Origin: Chitinophagaceae bacterium
GTDB lineage: Bacteria > Bacteroidota > Bacteroidia > Chitinophagales > Chitinophagaceae
Direction of reading: 5' to 3'
Assembly: GCA_041752135.1 (NCBI GenBank)
Contig: JBGSHT010000090.1
Location: 1,888 to 65,887, forward strand
Length of the DNA stretch: 64,000 bases
Shown: positions 27,510 to 38,288 of the stretch, piece after piece
Position numbering within the stretch: position 1 is the first letter of the stretch
Layout: the number at the start of each line of letters is the position of its first letter
The notes under the pieces: generated by a model
Databases searched by the model: none
What the model was told of the DNA's origin: nothing
What the model saw: the letters and a program-made list of their open reading frames with translations, nothing else
Program-made: the position numbers and the translations under genes

Positions 27510-28856
27510 TTGAACCAGGACCTGCTGACCATCCTATTACAATCGTGGATACATCCCATTTTTCTGGCTGCATTGCCCCAGGCTGCAATGACCATACTGG
27601 TTTTCGTTCTACTGTTTTTGCTGTTAATCACCTTCATGGTTTCCGGAGCCGAAGTAGCCTTATTTTCTCTTTCATTTAAAGATATCAACCTCCTGAAAAC
27701 AAAACAGATGCCCGCCGCCAGGCGCATCCTGAAATTACTGGAAGAGCCGCGCGCATTAATGGCTTCCCTTCTGCTGGCCAATTTGGTTGTTAACCTTGCG
27801 ATCATTATCATTTGTAATTTCCTTGTCAATGAATGGATGGATACAAGATCGAATTTTTTCTTTTCATTGATCATTAAAATACTATTTGTCACATCCCTGT
27901 TGGTATTATTTGCAGAGGCATTGCCTAAGGTTTGGGCCGCTCAAAATAATCTTCGGTTTGCCTATTATTCCTCTTCCATGGTAACGGGCATACATACCTT
28001 GTTTAAAGGCATCAGCAGTTGGATGGTAGGTTTTACGGACCGCATAGAAAAAGCGCTTGGGGGTAGTAAAAACAGTACTTATAGCCTGGAACAGCTGGAC
28101 CAGGCAATTGACATGACCACACCGCAGGATGCAACAGAAGAAGAAAAAAATATCCTGAAAGGCATCATAAAGTTTGGGAACATAACCGTGCGGCAGGTAA
28201 TGAAAAGCAGGCTTGATGTTCACGGTGTTGAAACCGGAACATCTTTTACGGATCTTGTAAGCAAGGTGGAAGAGCTGCACTATTCAAGGCTTCCGGTTTA
28301 CCAGGGCAGCCTTGATCATGTTAATGGTATCATCCATACCAAGGACCTTATTCCGCATTTACATGAGCCCGCGGATTTTGACTGGCAGGCCCTGATCAGG
28401 CCACCTTTTTTTGTACATGAAAACAGGCTGATTGAAGATCTGCTTAAAGAGTTTCAGGCCAAACGTATACACTTTGCCGTAGTAGTTGATGAATTTGGCG
28501 GAACGGAGGGCATTGTTACACTGGAAGATATCCTGGAGGAAATCATTGGTGATATCCGCGATGAATTTGATGAGGATGAAATAGCAGATGCCAGGATCGA
28601 TGACAATACTTTTGTTTTTGAAGGAAAAACGATGGTCAATGATGCCTGCCGGAAGATGGGAATTGAGGTGGATACTTTTGATGAAGTTCGGGGCGACAGT
28701 GAAACAATGGCCGGGCTGTTACTGGAGCTTGCCGGCGAAATCCCAAAGGTTAACCAGGAGATCATAAGTGGTGATTTCCATTTTGAAGTGCTTGAACTGG
28801 AAAAGAACCGGATCCGTAAAGTGAAAGTAATCATTAAGCCGACGGCGCAAGAATAA
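27510..28856 (+). CDS. gldE: Gliding motility-associated protein GldE (DUF21-CBS-CorC)
   Basis: SGAEVALFSL, YSRLPVY and VVDEFGGTEGIVTLEDILEEIIGDI; directly upstream of gldD. Confidence 0.9.
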   Translation: MNQDLLTILLQSWIHPIFLAALPQAAMTILVFVLLFLLLITFMVSGAEVALFSLSFKDINLLKTKQMPAARRILKLLEEPRALMASLLLANLVVNLAIIIICNFLVNEWMDTRSNFFFSLIIKILFVTSLLVLFAEALPKVWAAQNNLRFAYYSSSMVTGIHTLFKGISSWMVGFTDRIEKALGGSKNSTYSLEQLDQAIDMTTPQDATEEEKNILKGIIKFGNITVRQVMKSRLDVHGVETGTSFTDLVSKVEELHYSRLPVYQGSLDHVNGIIHTKDLIPHLHEPADFDWQALIRPPFFVHENRLIEDLLKEFQAKRIHFAVVVDEFGGTEGIVTLEDILEEIIGDIRDEFDEDEIADARIDDNTFVFEGKTMVNDACRKMGIEVDTFDEVRGDSETMAGLLLELAGEIPKVNQEIISGDFHFEVLELEKNRIRKVKVIIKPTAQE

Positions 28857-28860
28857 TGAT

Positions 28861-29505
28861 ATGAAGACAAAACTGTTTGCCTTTTTCTCCTTGCTCCTGG
28901 TTTTTGCCATATCCTGCAACAGCGCCTACACACCCCGTGAACGTGGTTATTACCGGATCGATTTTCCGGAAAGGTCCTACCAGTTGTTTAATGATCCCGG
29001 TTATCCATATACGTTTGAATACCCTGTCTATGGTAAAATTACCCGCGACAGTTCTTTCTTTGAAGATAACCCAGACAACCCGTTCTGGATCAACCTTGAT
29101 TTTCCGCAATTCAATGGCCGGGTTTACTTGTCATATAAATCAATAGGCGGAACATCCCTGTATAAAGTAAAAACTGCATCAGGCTATCGCGATTCCGTTG
29201 TGCGCAATACGTTTGACGGCCTGCGGGAAGAAGCCTACCGGATGACCATGAAACATACGGTGAAAGCCAGCGGGATCAATGATTCTCCATTCATCACCGA
29301 TAATGGTATTGCAGGTATGTATTTTAAAGTGGAAGGCAATGCGGCAACCTCAAGGCAATTTTACGTTACAGACAGCCTGCGACATTTTCTCCGTGGCGCC
29401 CTTTATTTTGACAGCGCCCCAAATGCCGATTCTCTTTCTGTAGTAAACGATTTCCTGGAAACAGACATGAGACATTTGATTGAGACGCTTGTGTGGAAAA
29501 AATGA
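28861..29505 (+). CDS. gldD: Gliding motility lipoprotein GldD
   Basis: Lipobox ISC, PRERGYYRIDFP and GNAATSRQFYVTDSLRHFLRGALYF. Confidence 0.93.
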   Translation: MKTKLFAFFSLLLVFAISCNSAYTPRERGYYRIDFPERSYQLFNDPGYPYTFEYPVYGKITRDSSFFEDNPDNPFWINLDFPQFNGRVYLSYKSIGGTSLYKVKTASGYRDSVVRNTFDGLREEAYRMTMKHTVKASGINDSPFITDNGIAGMYFKVEGNAATSRQFYVTDSLRHFLRGALYFDSAPNADSLSVVNDFLETDMRHLIETLVWKK

Positions 29506-29510
29506 TTAGT

Positions 29511-29761
29511 CAGTCGCCAGTCACCAGTCGCCAGTCGGCAAAAACAGCCCAATACAGTGCTGAAAAGTCTAATATTAGGGAATGATATCAAGCTTAACAT
29601 TCCATCATCATATGGGCAACTTGATATTAAATCGCTTGAATTTTATTAATTTTTGACTGGTCTTGTTCTATAACAAATTAATGCCGGCTTAATAAATCTG
29701 TTTGCCAAATAAGCAGGTTTTTGCCTTTGGCTGTTGACTGCCGACTGTTGACTGCCGACTG
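29511..29761. repeat. Inverted pair of heptamer arrays (CAGTCRS x4 ... YYGRCTG x5) flanking ~190 bp of AT-rich DNA
   Basis: cagtcgc cagtcac cagtcgc cagtcgg (29511-29538); ttggctg ttgactg ccgactg ttgactg ccgactg (29727-29761). Confidence 0.8.
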
Positions 29762-29834
29762 GCTACTCCGATTCCCCACTTCATTAATCGCTGCATTTCA
29801 AAGATTATGAACTAATTTTAATCAAAATCCGGCT

Positions 29835-30422
29835 TTGATAGTTATAGACAAAGTACTGATCAGTGACGAGATCATAGAAGAACAATTTGTATGCGACCTT
29901 AATAAATGTAAAGGAGGCTGTTGTGAAGACGGAGATGCAGGTGCGCCACTTACCAATGAAGAATTAGAGGAGGTCAAAAGCGCATATGAAGAGATCAAAC
30001 CATTTTTGACTCCGGAAGGAGCAAGAGAGCTGGAAAGAACCGGCCTGTACAGGTACGATCGCGAGTTTGGCTGGGTAACGCCAACTGTGAACGGAGAAAT
30101 CTGTGCCTATGGGTATCGCGATAAACTGGGCATCATAAAATGTGCCTTTGAAGATGCTTATAACCAGGGACTGACAACATGGAAGAAGCCCATATCTTGT
30201 CATCTCTATCCAATAAGGATCAAGCAAAGCCGTTATAATGAGCATGAGATGATGAATTATGAACCACGTGAATCTTTGTGCAGCCCTGCCTGTGCATTGG
30301 GTGTTCAGTTAAAAGTACCTGTGTATAAATTTCTGAAAGAATCAATTACCCGGAAATACGGCAAGGATTTTTACATCGCACTTGAAAAAATGGCTTCGGA
30401 ATATTTTAAGGAGATGAAATAA
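29835..30422 (+). CDS. DUF3109 family Cys-rich protein
   Basis: FVCDLNKCKGGCCEDGDAGAPL and KPISCHLYPIR. TTG start. Confidence 0.9.
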   Translation: MIVIDKVLISDEIIEEQFVCDLNKCKGGCCEDGDAGAPLTNEELEEVKSAYEEIKPFLTPEGARELERTGLYRYDREFGWVTPTVNGEICAYGYRDKLGIIKCAFEDAYNQGLTTWKKPISCHLYPIRIKQSRYNEHEMMNYEPRESLCSPACALGVQLKVPVYKFLKESITRKYGKDFYIALEKMASEYFKEMK

Positions 30423-30526
30423 CGCTTTTCCGGAAAATATTCCGGCAATTCATAATTAGCACTTGTTCCCGTCACTTTTAAAGCGAAAATTAATATTTCC
30501 TTTTCAGTTAAATTGAATAATATATC

Positions 30527-31909
30527 ATGAGTGAATCCGCAAATACATTCATGGCTAAGAGCCTGGTGAAAGCTGCCGACCTTGACCATCGCAGGAAAAT
30601 TAATTTTAACATAAGTAAGTACAATGCTGTCGTTCCGCAAGGAAAGAAACAGTTCATGGATGTTGAAGCCGTGCGTATGAAAGCCAAGAATATTAAATGG
30701 CGCGCCATAGAAACCCTTGACAGGCAGCTGGAGGATTTCGAAAAGAATTTCAGTCAACGTGGTGGTAAAGTGATCTGGGCAGAGACGGTTGAAGATGCGC
30801 GTCAGGCCATAGGAGAAATTTGCAGGAAGAAAAATTGCCGGACCGTTGTCAAAAGCAAAAGCATGGCAACGGAAGAAATACACCTGAATGATTTCCTTAC
30901 TTCGGAAGGAATTGAAAGTGTGGAAACTGACCTTGGAGAATATATCCAGCAACTGGATGGAGAGCCTCCTTATCATATTGTAACGCCTGCAATGCATAAA
31001 AGCAAGGAAGATGTGGCACGGCTTTTCGAAGAAAAATTACATACGGCACCTGGCCTGTCTCCGGAAGAACTTACCCTTGTAGCACGTGAAAAATTGCGGG
31101 GAAAATATACAGCTGCCGAGGTGGGTATTACAGGAGCCAACTTCATCATTTCGGATACGGGCAGCATCGCTCTTACCGAAAATGAAGGAAATGCCAGGCT
31201 CAGTTGTGCCTGGCCTAAAACTCATATTGTACTTGTAGGCATTGAAAAAGTGATCCCTTCGATTCAGGACCTAGCATTATTCTGGCCACTGCTGGCTACA
31301 TTTGGTACAGGCCAGCAAATTACTGTTTATAATACGATCATCAGCGGACCCAGGCAAAGCCGGGAAACCGATGGGCCTGAAGAGATGTACGTGATCCTGC
31401 TGGATAACGGACGCACCAATATCCTGCAGCATCCTAAATCCCGGGAAAGCCTGTATTGTATTCGCTGTGGCGCTTGTCTGAATGCCTGCCCGGTATATAA
31501 GAACATTGGCGGGCACAGTTACGGAACAACATACAGCGGACCTATTGGAAGTGTGATCACGCCTCACCTCAAAGAAATGGATGAGTGGAAACACCTTAGT
31601 TACGCTTCTTCCCTTTGCGGAAACTGTACGGAAGTATGTGCCGTTAAAATCAACCTGCATGAACTCCTGCTTGATAACCGCCACGAAGCAGTTGCATCCG
31701 GGGCATCAGGATTTGCTGAAAGAATGGCCTGGAAAATATGGAAACAGGCTTCACTCAGCAGGTCGCTGATGAATTCCGGCAACGGGAAGATGAAAACCTG
31801 GATCGTCAATAACTTGTTTACCGGCTGGCAGAAACACCGCTCACAACTTATATTCCCGGCCAGGACCTTCAACCAGATGTGGAAGGACAAACAGGCTGAT
31901 CGCTCATGA
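30527..31909 (+). CDS. lutB: Lactate utilization protein B (LutB/LldF), Fe-S
   Basis: VKSKSM, ETDLGEYI, HIVTPAMH, NEGN, CIRCGACLNACPVY and SSLCGNCTEVC. Confidence 0.93.
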   Translation: MSESANTFMAKSLVKAADLDHRRKINFNISKYNAVVPQGKKQFMDVEAVRMKAKNIKWRAIETLDRQLEDFEKNFSQRGGKVIWAETVEDARQAIGEICRKKNCRTVVKSKSMATEEIHLNDFLTSEGIESVETDLGEYIQQLDGEPPYHIVTPAMHKSKEDVARLFEEKLHTAPGLSPEELTLVAREKLRGKYTAAEVGITGANFIISDTGSIALTENEGNARLSCAWPKTHIVLVGIEKVIPSIQDLALFWPLLATFGTGQQITVYNTIISGPRQSRETDGPEEMYVILLDNGRTNILQHPKSRESLYCIRCGACLNACPVYKNIGGHSYGTTYSGPIGSVITPHLKEMDEWKHLSYASSLCGNCTEVCAVKINLHELLLDNRHEAVASGASGFAERMAWKIWKQASLSRSLMNSGNGKMKTWIVNNLFTGWQKHRSQLIFPARTFNQMWKDKQADRS

Positions 31910-32024
31910 AAAAAATGGCGGATCATTTTATGCTTTGTTTCATTTTCAGATCAGGCAGGAATAAATCCCCTGTAAAAATTATCCGGCAATATTTTTCGGT
32001 AAAAAATAGCACCCTGTTTATTGT

Positions 32025-33341
32025 ATGCTGACAATCTATTCCGACAGGGATTCGCCCCGATGGAAATATATTACCACTGTCTTATTCCAGGAAATACTGG
32101 GTATCCCGGTTACGCATACTACAGATAAAGGCCAGTATCTCCTGGCTGGTCCGGCACGTATCAATTACTCCCATATACGCGTACACGAAGATGAAATATT
32201 TGTAAGGCCCACAGGCCTTTTGTTTGAGGATAATATCCGGGAGCAGGATATCAAAGTCTCAGTAATTGAAGGCCTTCCCTGTTTTTTTCTGACTACGGAA
32301 TGTGATTTTCCATTTGATATTTTTGCCGCTTCGTTTTACCTGTTAACCCGGTATGAAGAATATCTGCCACACCTGAAAGACAGTTATGGCCGCTATGCCC
32401 ACAATCAAAGCCTTGCTTTCCGGGAACATTTCCTTGACAAACCGCTGGTTAATATCTGGCTGAAGCATTTCCGGAATATCCTCTCCAAAAGATTTCCTTC
32501 CCTGGTAATGCCTGTACCTGCTTTCAGGTTTATGCCAACTTATGATATTGATATCGCTTATGCCTATCTCTGCCGGGGGCTGCGCAGGTCTGCATTGGGA
32601 GCGGCACGTTCTCTTTTGAAAGCAAAGCCCGATCAGTTTTTTGACCGGATACGGGTGATGGCAGGAAAGAAAAAAGATCCTTATGATGTTTATGAGTGGC
32701 TGGATGCCTTGCACCTTAAGTATCGTTTAAAACCTTATTACTTTTTCCTGCTGGCTGAACAGCAAAAAGGCTACGACAGAAATGTGGATCCACGCATGGT
32801 GTCTTTCATGAACCTGGTTCAATATCACGGAATGGGTTATCCGGTTGGAATGCACCCTTCATGGCAAAGCGGTGATGCGCCACAATTGATCGCCAGTGAA
32901 AAAGCAAGGCTTGAAGTACTGGCCGGTAAAAAGATCACCGGAAGCCGGCAGCATTATATTCGGTTATCCCTTCCCGGTACTTACCGCTTGCTGATCGAAA
33001 ATGGAATTGACTCGGATTTTTCCATGGGCTATGGCAGCATCAATGGATTCCGGGCATCAGTTTCTTCACCCTACAGCTGGTACGACCTTGAAAAGGATTC
33101 TATTTCCAGCTTGCGCATTTTTCCATTTTGCTTCATGGATGCAAACGCTAGGTTTGAGCAGGACCTTACGCCTGCGCAGGCATTTGAAGAGATCCGGTAT
33201 TATCATGATGTGGTAAAAAAAGTGGATGGGACCCTGGTTACCATCTGGCATAATTCCTTCTTCAGTGATGATCCTGTTTATACGGGATGGAAAGACGTTT
33301 ATGAGATTTTTTTGAACGAAGTTGTTTATTGGGACCTATAG
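32025..33341 (+). CDS. Polysaccharide deacetylase-like protein (DUF7033-type N-terminus)
   Basis: FDIFAASFYLLTRYEEY, TYDID, GMHPS, RQHYIR, DFSMGY..GFRA, FMD and WHN motifs. Confidence 0.8.
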   Translation: MLTIYSDRDSPRWKYITTVLFQEILGIPVTHTTDKGQYLLAGPARINYSHIRVHEDEIFVRPTGLLFEDNIREQDIKVSVIEGLPCFFLTTECDFPFDIFAASFYLLTRYEEYLPHLKDSYGRYAHNQSLAFREHFLDKPLVNIWLKHFRNILSKRFPSLVMPVPAFRFMPTYDIDIAYAYLCRGLRRSALGAARSLLKAKPDQFFDRIRVMAGKKKDPYDVYEWLDALHLKYRLKPYYFFLLAEQQKGYDRNVDPRMVSFMNLVQYHGMGYPVGMHPSWQSGDAPQLIASEKARLEVLAGKKITGSRQHYIRLSLPGTYRLLIENGIDSDFSMGYGSINGFRASVSSPYSWYDLEKDSISSLRIFPFCFMDANARFEQDLTPAQAFEEIRYYHDVVKKVDGTLVTIWHNSFFSDDPVYTGWKDVYEIFLNEVVYWDL

Positions 33342-33342
33342 A

Positions 33343-33377
33343 AAGTGGAAAGTGGAAAATCGAAAGTGGGAAGTGAA
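33343..33377. repeat. Heptamer tandem array (AAGTGGA-type x5)
   Basis: aagtgga aagtgga aaatcga aagtggg aagtgaa; shares 20 identical bp with 21463-21482. Confidence 0.85.
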
Positions 33378-33419
33378 AGTCAGAATACATATACTGCAAA
33401 GAAGAAAGTACGCCAGGAA

Positions 33420-34397
33420 TTATACACTCGATTTTTTAAATCCTGTATTTACCAGGTATACCCCGATCAGTGTGACCATTGTACCGCCTGCTATCAGCAG
33501 GTTGAGTTTTTCGTGATTAAGTATGGCGCCAATGATCACTGCCACAATGGGGTTAATGTATGCATATATGGAAGCCTGTGCCGGAGGTAATCTTTTCAGT
33601 GCATAGATAAATGCTGCAAAAGTTATTATAGATCCGATGACCACCAGGTAGGCTATAGAATACCATGCAGGCATAGGAATTTCTGAAAGGGGTATCTGTT
33701 TGCCCGTTATGTAAGAAACGGCAGTGAGGATCACCCCGCTCAGGAACATTTGCCAGCCTATGCTGTAATAGGGGTTCAGGTCCTTTGCGTGTTTAACAGT
33801 GAGTAAGGTTCCAAGTGCCCAGGTCATGGTGGCAATTACCCCAAGAATGATGCCCAACGAAAAATTTGAATTGAAAAGCGCATCCAGATAATCATAAAAG
33901 ATGATCAGTATGCCGCCAAAGCCCAGTATCAGTCCCATTACCGTAGTCAGGTTTAACCTTGTGTCTTTAAACAGCGCCAGGCTGAAAAGCGCGATCCAGA
34001 TAGGCGCAATGGCTCCTATGACGGCCCCAAGACCACTGGGGATATATTGCACAGACCATGTGCTGAAACCATTGCTGATCACAAACATGATCACACTCAT
34101 CCAGGTAAACCGGATGAGTTGGCTCAGGCTTGGCCATTTGTAACCTTTGATGATAAAGAAAAGTATATAAATTCCTCCACCCAGCAGTTGACGGATGCCT
34201 GCCAGCTGGAGTGCAGGCATATGCTCAACACCTTTTTTTGAGGCAAGCCAGGTGGTGCCCCAAAAAAAACTTACCAGCGCCACCGCAAATAATGCCCTGG
34301 TCTTTTCTGAATGTCGCCGGGGATTGAGTGGCTGAAAAGAAGATTTGGCTGTATCCAGCAGGTCCTCAATAAAACTTCTCACCTGAATCCTTCTCAT
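33420..34397 (-). CDS. EamA/DMT family transporter
   Basis: About 10 TM segments; FWGTTW, IPSGLGA and YAYINPIVAV..G...HE. Confidence 0.93.
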   Translation of the reverse strand: MRRIQVRSFIEDLLDTAKSSFQPLNPRRHSEKTRALFAVALVSFFWGTTWLASKKGVEHMPALQLAGIRQLLGGGIYILFFIIKGYKWPSLSQLIRFTWMSVIMFVISNGFSTWSVQYIPSGLGAVIGAIAPIWIALFSLALFKDTRLNLTTVMGLILGFGGILIIFYDYLDALFNSNFSLGIILGVIATMTWALGTLLTVKHAKDLNPYYSIGWQMFLSGVILTAVSYITGKQIPLSEIPMPAWYSIAYLVVIGSIITFAAFIYALKRLPPAQASIYAYINPIVAVIIGAILNHEKLNLLIAGGTMVTLIGVYLVNTGFKKSSV

Positions 34398-34417
34398 ATC
34401 AGCCTTGTTTTTCTATC

Positions 34418-35953
34418 CTAATGACGGAAATGCCGCATGCCGGTCATGACCAATGCCAGTCCCTGCTCTTTGCAATAGGCAATGGAATCCTTATCGCGGA
34501 TGCTTCCGCCGGGTTGTATATAAGCCAATATCCCTGCCGCGTGGCCCATTTTGACACAGTCATCAAACGGGAAGAATGCATCACTGGCCATTACCGCTCC
34601 TGCGGTTTCGGCGCCAAATTGTTTTGCTTTTTCCAACGCCTGCCTGAGCGAATCAATCCTTGAGGTTTGCCCACATCCCTTACCAATGAGCCGCCTGTCC
34701 TTTACCAATGCTATGGCATTTGACTTTAAGTGTTTACAGACGAGGTTGGCAAAAAGCAGGTCCGCTTTTTCTTCCCGGCTTGTTTCCCTTCCACCGGCTT
34801 CTTCCCATTTTTCCACATTGCCTTCGTCTATCCCTTGCTGTAAAACGCCATTGAGTAATGACTTAAATTGTTTTTTGGCAGAAGGTTGTTTTTTCTGTTG
34901 CAGCAGTATGCGCGTTTTTTTGGCAGAAAGTATGGTGATCGCTTCCTTCGTAAAAGAAGGGGCTATCAGCACTTCAAAAAAGATTTCCTGAATGGCCTCG
35001 GCAGTAGCTGCATCTATTTCACGGTTTGAGGCCAGTACGCCGCCAAAAGCACTTTCCGGGTCGCCGGCAAGCGCTGCATCCCAGGCTTCCTTTACGGTTG
35101 GCCGGGAAGCAATACCACAAACATTTGTGTGCTTGATGATGGCAAAGACAGAACTATCTTTTTCCGGTGCATCAGCAGCATTGAATTCCAGCATGAGCTG
35201 AACGGCAGCATCTACATCAACAAGGTTATTGTAGGAAAGTTCCTTTCCATTGAGCTGGGTGAAAAGTTCTTCGGGATTCCCGAAGAAAATGCCCGACTGA
35301 TGCGGATTTTCGCCATAACGCATGATGGTTGGACGGGTAAAAGACTCTATAAAATGATCTTCCCCGCCGGGATTAAAATATTGCGCGATGGCAACATCGT
35401 AATGTGCCACTACCGAAAAGGCTTTAGCTGCATATGCTTTTCGCTGTTCAAATGTAGTTGTGCCTGCCTGCTCTTTAAGTAGTGCGGTAACGGCGGGATA
35501 ATCCATCCGGGATGCCACTACCAGCAGGTCGCTGAAGTTTTTGGCCGCACCCCTGATCATGGAAGGGCCGCCTATATCGATTTTTTCAATGATCGCTTTT
35601 TCCTCATTTGTTGATGCCACTGTTTCTTCAAAAGGATAGAGGTCAACGATCACCAGGTCGATCTCCGGGATTTCAAATTGCTTCATTTCCTGGATATCCT
35701 GGTCCACCGCCCTTCGCCCAAGGATCCCGCCAAAAATTTTAGGATGTAATGTTTTTACCCTGCCGCCAAGTATGGAAGGGTAGGAAGTGACCGCTTCTAC
35801 CGGCACACAGGGGATGTCAAGTTTTTCGATGAACGACTGGGTGCCGCCGGTTGAATAAATGGTAATGTCCAGTTCATGTAATAATCTGACAAGTGGTTCG
35901 AGGCCGTCTTTATAAAAAACGGAGATTAGTGCAGACTGAATTTTTTTTTGCAT
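34418..35953 (-). CDS. purH: Bifunctional AICAR transformylase/IMP cyclohydrolase
   Basis: ALISV, STGGT, GRVKTLHP, IDIGG, RYGENPHQ, KHTN, SDAFFPF, QPGGSIRD and RHFRH. Confidence 0.98.
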   Translation of the reverse strand: MQKKIQSALISVFYKDGLEPLVRLLHELDITIYSTGGTQSFIEKLDIPCVPVEAVTSYPSILGGRVKTLHPKIFGGILGRRAVDQDIQEMKQFEIPEIDLVIVDLYPFEETVASTNEEKAIIEKIDIGGPSMIRGAAKNFSDLLVVASRMDYPAVTALLKEQAGTTTFEQRKAYAAKAFSVVAHYDVAIAQYFNPGGEDHFIESFTRPTIMRYGENPHQSGIFFGNPEELFTQLNGKELSYNNLVDVDAAVQLMLEFNAADAPEKDSSVFAIIKHTNVCGIASRPTVKEAWDAALAGDPESAFGGVLASNREIDAATAEAIQEIFFEVLIAPSFTKEAITILSAKKTRILLQQKKQPSAKKQFKSLLNGVLQQGIDEGNVEKWEEAGGRETSREEKADLLFANLVCKHLKSNAIALVKDRRLIGKGCGQTSRIDSLRQALEKAKQFGAETAGAVMASDAFFPFDDCVKMGHAAGILAYIQPGGSIRDKDSIAYCKEQGLALVMTGMRHFRH

Positions 35954-36016
35954 AAAAATCTAAGGTTGTTCTGGCGTAATGACTGGGTTAACTGGCTGTA
36001 TGGCAGGGCCATTCTA

Positions 36017-38107
36017 TCAAAAATCTGCTGTGAATGCCCCAGACAGGTTTACAGAATGGAAGCGCAAATGTAACTGTTCAGCCTGTTTTTTCCATTCCTG
36101 AATTTTCCACACAGAATTGGTACCATCTGCAACCCAATTCCTGCAGCCGGTTTGTTGCATCAGTTTTTCCAGGTTTATGCCGGCATTAAAGGATAAAATT
36201 CCCATATCTGCCCTTGGCAATTCTTTATTAGGGGCTATCGCTGTTTTACCGGAAAACAGTAAAATTGTTTTACCCGCCCGCTTTATACTTATAATACCGC
36301 TATTGGGTAAGGTCTTTAATTCTACCTGGCTTATCCTGAAAAACTGTTTTACCAATGTACTCTCTTTAGCCTGTACATCCATTTGGCCCAGGGTTGGATT
36401 ATTAGATAAAAAGCATCCGGATTTTCCTTTGATCAGTAAGATGGATTGCCGTCCGGTGATATCCATCACAACCAGTTTTTGTTGAGTGTTTCGTGAAATG
36501 TGTTCATATAGTTGCAAACTGCTGTAGATGAATATTCCCGAAAGCAAAACCAGCCATGCTTTTTTTTGTTTTGAAATTATCCAGGCCGTCAGGCTGCCGA
36601 TACAGATATAAAGTGTCAAAACCTGCCCGGATGAAATATAAACATCACGTATAACCGAATATGGGATTGATTCCATTTTCAGCACATAAGTATTGAGCAT
36701 CAGAATCGCATTTTCCAAAAGCAGGCCCAGTTTACAGGAAATAAAATTAAAGGGATGGCATATGCACAGTAAAAGTTCGCCCAGTAAAATCCAGCCCGAC
36801 AGGGGCACGGCAACAAGGTTTGTAAATAAAAATAAGATCGGGAACTGTTTAAAATAAAACAGTATAAGCGGAGTGGTCAGTATCTGCGCTGAGATTGTAA
36901 CCGAGATCATTTCCCAGCATTTAATGGCAAGCGGATTGCGGAAATAAAACAACTTCCTGATCCTTTCATAATAAACCATGATGCTGGCCACAGCGGCAAA
37001 ACTAAGCTGGAAGCCGGTATCTAAAATCCAGTTTGGCTGGTATGCCAGTAATACAAATGCCGCAGCTCCGAGGGTATTTAGCGGGTTGCTTTTTTTTTCG
37101 AAGAGTTGTCCTATACCCAAAAAAGTGAACATACATGCGCTGCGGATCACAGATGCAGAACCTCCGGCCATCAGGCTGAAAATCCATAAAACAGGAATAA
37201 CCAAAAAGAACTGAACCCATTTCTTTTTCCCATTTCTGTTCCATAATCCAGTCAGCATCATCATTACCGCAAAGAGTAAACCAAGGTGTAAGCCGGATAT
37301 GGCAATGACATGTACAACACCAGTATTGGCATAGGCAGTGAGCAGGGTCTGGTCCAAATCGTTTCGATATCCAATCAGCAGGGCTTCCGCAAGTCCGGCT
37401 GCCTCTTTATGACGTATATGCGTTTGTAAAATTTGCAGGATTTTATTCCTCAACAAGAAAAGATATTGATTAAAACTGCCTGCCGACTCAATAGGAACAG
37501 GTATGTATTCACCTTCCCGTAAAAACACCTGGTAATAAATTCCCTGGCGCAAAAAATACGAGGTATAATCAAATTGACCTGGGTTTGGTTTTTTAACTAA
37601 TGGGTTGAGTTTTGCATTTACCGCGAGTACAGAACCATAGTGCAATTTTACATCCTGATTTTCCTTTGGGAAATATAAGATGGCTTTTCCCCTGTTTCTC
37701 ATATATGCATCGGGTAAGATTTCAAACAATGAAACCGTTGCCCTGAAGCGACCGTTTTTTTTCATTGCAGGTTCCGCCAGCACCACAAGCCAATGATTTT
37801 TTCCTGCATAAATATTTTCTTTAATGGTGTCATGGAATTGAAGCTTATTATGGCAAATGACAATAAATGCACCGGCTGAAAAGATCAGCACGTTAATGAG
37901 TATACCCCTGAGAAAGCCCCATTTCCATGCTTTCCAGGCCGGTAACCGGTGGATCAGCCATAAAAGTATAAGGGCTAACAGGGGAAGCGGCAGTAAAAAT
38001 TGCAGGAACTTTGCAAAGTATATAGCGTAAAGCAATCCAGGCATAAATGGAATCAGCAGCCTGGCAAAAGGCATTTCTTTCCAATAGTGATTGACCGGTT
38101 GTTCCAT
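36017..38107 (-). CDS. comEC: ComEC/Rec2 DNA uptake channel
   Basis: NPGQFDY, ALLIG, GVVHVIAISGLHLG, SVIRSA and GFQLSF motifs. Confidence 0.92.
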   Translation of the reverse strand: MEQPVNHYWKEMPFARLLIPFMPGLLYAIYFAKFLQFLLPLPLLALILLWLIHRLPAWKAWKWGFLRGILINVLIFSAGAFIVICHNKLQFHDTIKENIYAGKNHWLVVLAEPAMKKNGRFRATVSLFEILPDAYMRNRGKAILYFPKENQDVKLHYGSVLAVNAKLNPLVKKPNPGQFDYTSYFLRQGIYYQVFLREGEYIPVPIESAGSFNQYLFLLRNKILQILQTHIRHKEAAGLAEALLIGYRNDLDQTLLTAYANTGVVHVIAISGLHLGLLFAVMMMLTGLWNRNGKKKWVQFFLVIPVLWIFSLMAGGSASVIRSACMFTFLGIGQLFEKKSNPLNTLGAAAFVLLAYQPNWILDTGFQLSFAAVASIMVYYERIRKLFYFRNPLAIKCWEMISVTISAQILTTPLILFYFKQFPILFLFTNLVAVPLSGWILLGELLLCICHPFNFISCKLGLLLENAILMLNTYVLKMESIPYSVIRDVYISSGQVLTLYICIGSLTAWIISKQKKAWLVLLSGIFIYSSLQLYEHISRNTQQKLVVMDITGRQSILLIKGKSGCFLSNNPTLGQMDVQAKESTLVKQFFRISQVELKTLPNSGIISIKRAGKTILLFSGKTAIAPNKELPRADMGILSFNAGINLEKLMQQTGCRNWVADGTNSVWKIQEWKKQAEQLHLRFHSVNLSGAFTADF

Positions 38108-38288
38108 GGTCAAATCTATTTCGGCCGTCTTTGATTAACGGATTCCGGGCCTTGTATTAAAACCGCCAATGATCAGAAAAAACACCGGATAGAACAGAAA
38201 AACATCGATTTTTCTTACCTATGTAAATTAAAGAGTTAGTGGCCTGATCGATTGGATCTGGTATTTTGTAACCTTAAATTGAAATAAG

